A stretch of DNA of 64,000 bases from Callorhinchus milii (taxonomy: Eukaryota): assembly GCF_018977255.1 (NCBI RefSeq), contig NW_024704743.1:30754001-30818000 (forward strand). Reading direction: 5' to 3'. The position numbers and the translations under genes were made by a program. Below, in pieces: positions 62,591-64,000 of this stretch (the stretch's first letter is position 1; the number at the start of each line of letters is the position of its first letter). The notes beneath the pieces were generated by a model that had not been told where the DNA came from, did no database searches, and saw only the letters and a program-made list of their open reading frames with translations.

Positions 62591-64000
62591 GCTTCACATT
62601 TCCAAATATTACATTTTATCCCCCACTTATTTTCTCATTCTGCAAGCTTATTTATGCCTCCCTTCACCTTTTTGCAATCATCCTCATTATTGACATGAAT
62701 CCCCCACCTTAGTTTGCATCTGTGAATTTTACAGAACACCTGCTATGGCTAAGTGGAAATCATTGATATATGTTAACATGATATGCAGAACTGCAGATCC
62801 TGAGAAACACCACGTCCTATTTCTCCACGGCTTCAAATACGTCAATAAATTCTGCTGCAAACAAAACACCTTATATTATTCCGATACCAGATTCCCCCAC
62901 CCCCACCACCTCCATTCTAGGTCTTCTTGCTCGTGAAACTAACTGGTATGGCAACCAATCTGTGCTTCAAACATTATTCCACGCAGGCGGTGCAATTCAC
63001 TGGTCCGTTCTCCGTCAATGGGTTGCATTGATGTGAAATAAATATATCCGGTAATATGAGAGTAGACATGCACACAGAAATCTAGACGTCTGGGTAGATA
63101 ATGCAATCTGAAGAACCAGATCAAGTATTCAACCCCCTACCTCCAACTTGATATTTCAAGTTTAAACAGCGAGTCCTTCCACCCTCCACGTATACTGCAG
63201 TGAGGAGATTGCAAAAATATGTGGACAATATCATTGACAAATGTATGGAAGCACATCGATGGTGCATTCTGACTAAAGACTCCAGGCTTCTACCCCTCCC
63301 CCTCCCCCCACCCCCCATCCCACACTCACACACTCACACACACAGAGATTGTAATATTGGTTTATACTCGAAAAAAAAATGGAAAGTATATGTGTACAGA
63401 CTATTCACGTTCTTCAGTTTTGGGTTCCGGTTGGTACATTTGGAAATGTACATTTATTTCATGTTTCCCTTGTTTTCCTTATTCGTGTAGCCTTATTGAT
63501 GTTAAAAGACATAGAGTTCCGCCCAGTTAGCTGTTTGCCTCAACTTCAAGTATCGCTATGTCCTCGAGTCTATTGAAGTCGATGGGTGAGGATTGGAGTC
63601 AATTATTGCTTTGCAAGTTTTCATCCTTGGACCAAAACCAAAAAGATACGCGTTAAGAGGGGAAAGGCACGCATTGCTTGTAATATGATCATTTCGAAAC
63701 TTGACATTTATTTTCTCGTCTACGTTTTTGGCGCTTAAAAGATTTGAAACCGCACGGGTTTGAGTTCCACAGACCTTGGTCGAGATTTTTTTTAAAAAAA
63801 AACGAGAAAAACGCTCCGTTGGTTGACTTCAGTTCCGCACAAATAATAATACAAACCCGCTTCAAACGGTCTGATCCAGCTGGGTAGCTCCGTCTATATA
63901 GGTCAGCAAAGTAACACATGAATGCACAGGAGGGCTCGATGAATATTCATAAGATATCTTACCCCTAAACAGTTTGAAGATAAACAAGGTATTCCCACTA

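Overview
Vertebrate nuclear DNA that is almost entirely non-coding. The repeat complement is L2 and CR1 LINEs, tRNA-headed SINEs with L2-like tails, Deu-domain SINEs and a Penelope-type palindrome. This is what I associate with cartilaginous fish, most likely a holocephalan such as the elephant shark; that is an inference, not a database result. I found no recognisable host protein-coding exon. The only ORFs with identifiable products are broken LINE ORF2 (reverse transcriptase) fragments. A CpG- and microsatellite-rich region at about 47.2-53.4 kb looks like the promoter and first exon(s) of an unidentified minus-strand gene, which would make most of 1-49.7 kb a large intron. Main points of interest: (i) an 82-bp-arm palindrome with a minimal hammerhead-ribozyme core on each strand (25.2-25.4 kb), plus a collapsed second copy; (ii) two young, inverted CR1 copies that share one frameshift yet have their own target-site duplications; (iii) an unclassified, ORF-less repeat family with an A-tailed end, about 9 copies; (iv) L2-derived foldback structures; (v) an ETS-motif cluster. 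Repeat boundaries were read by eye and are approximate unless stated otherwise.
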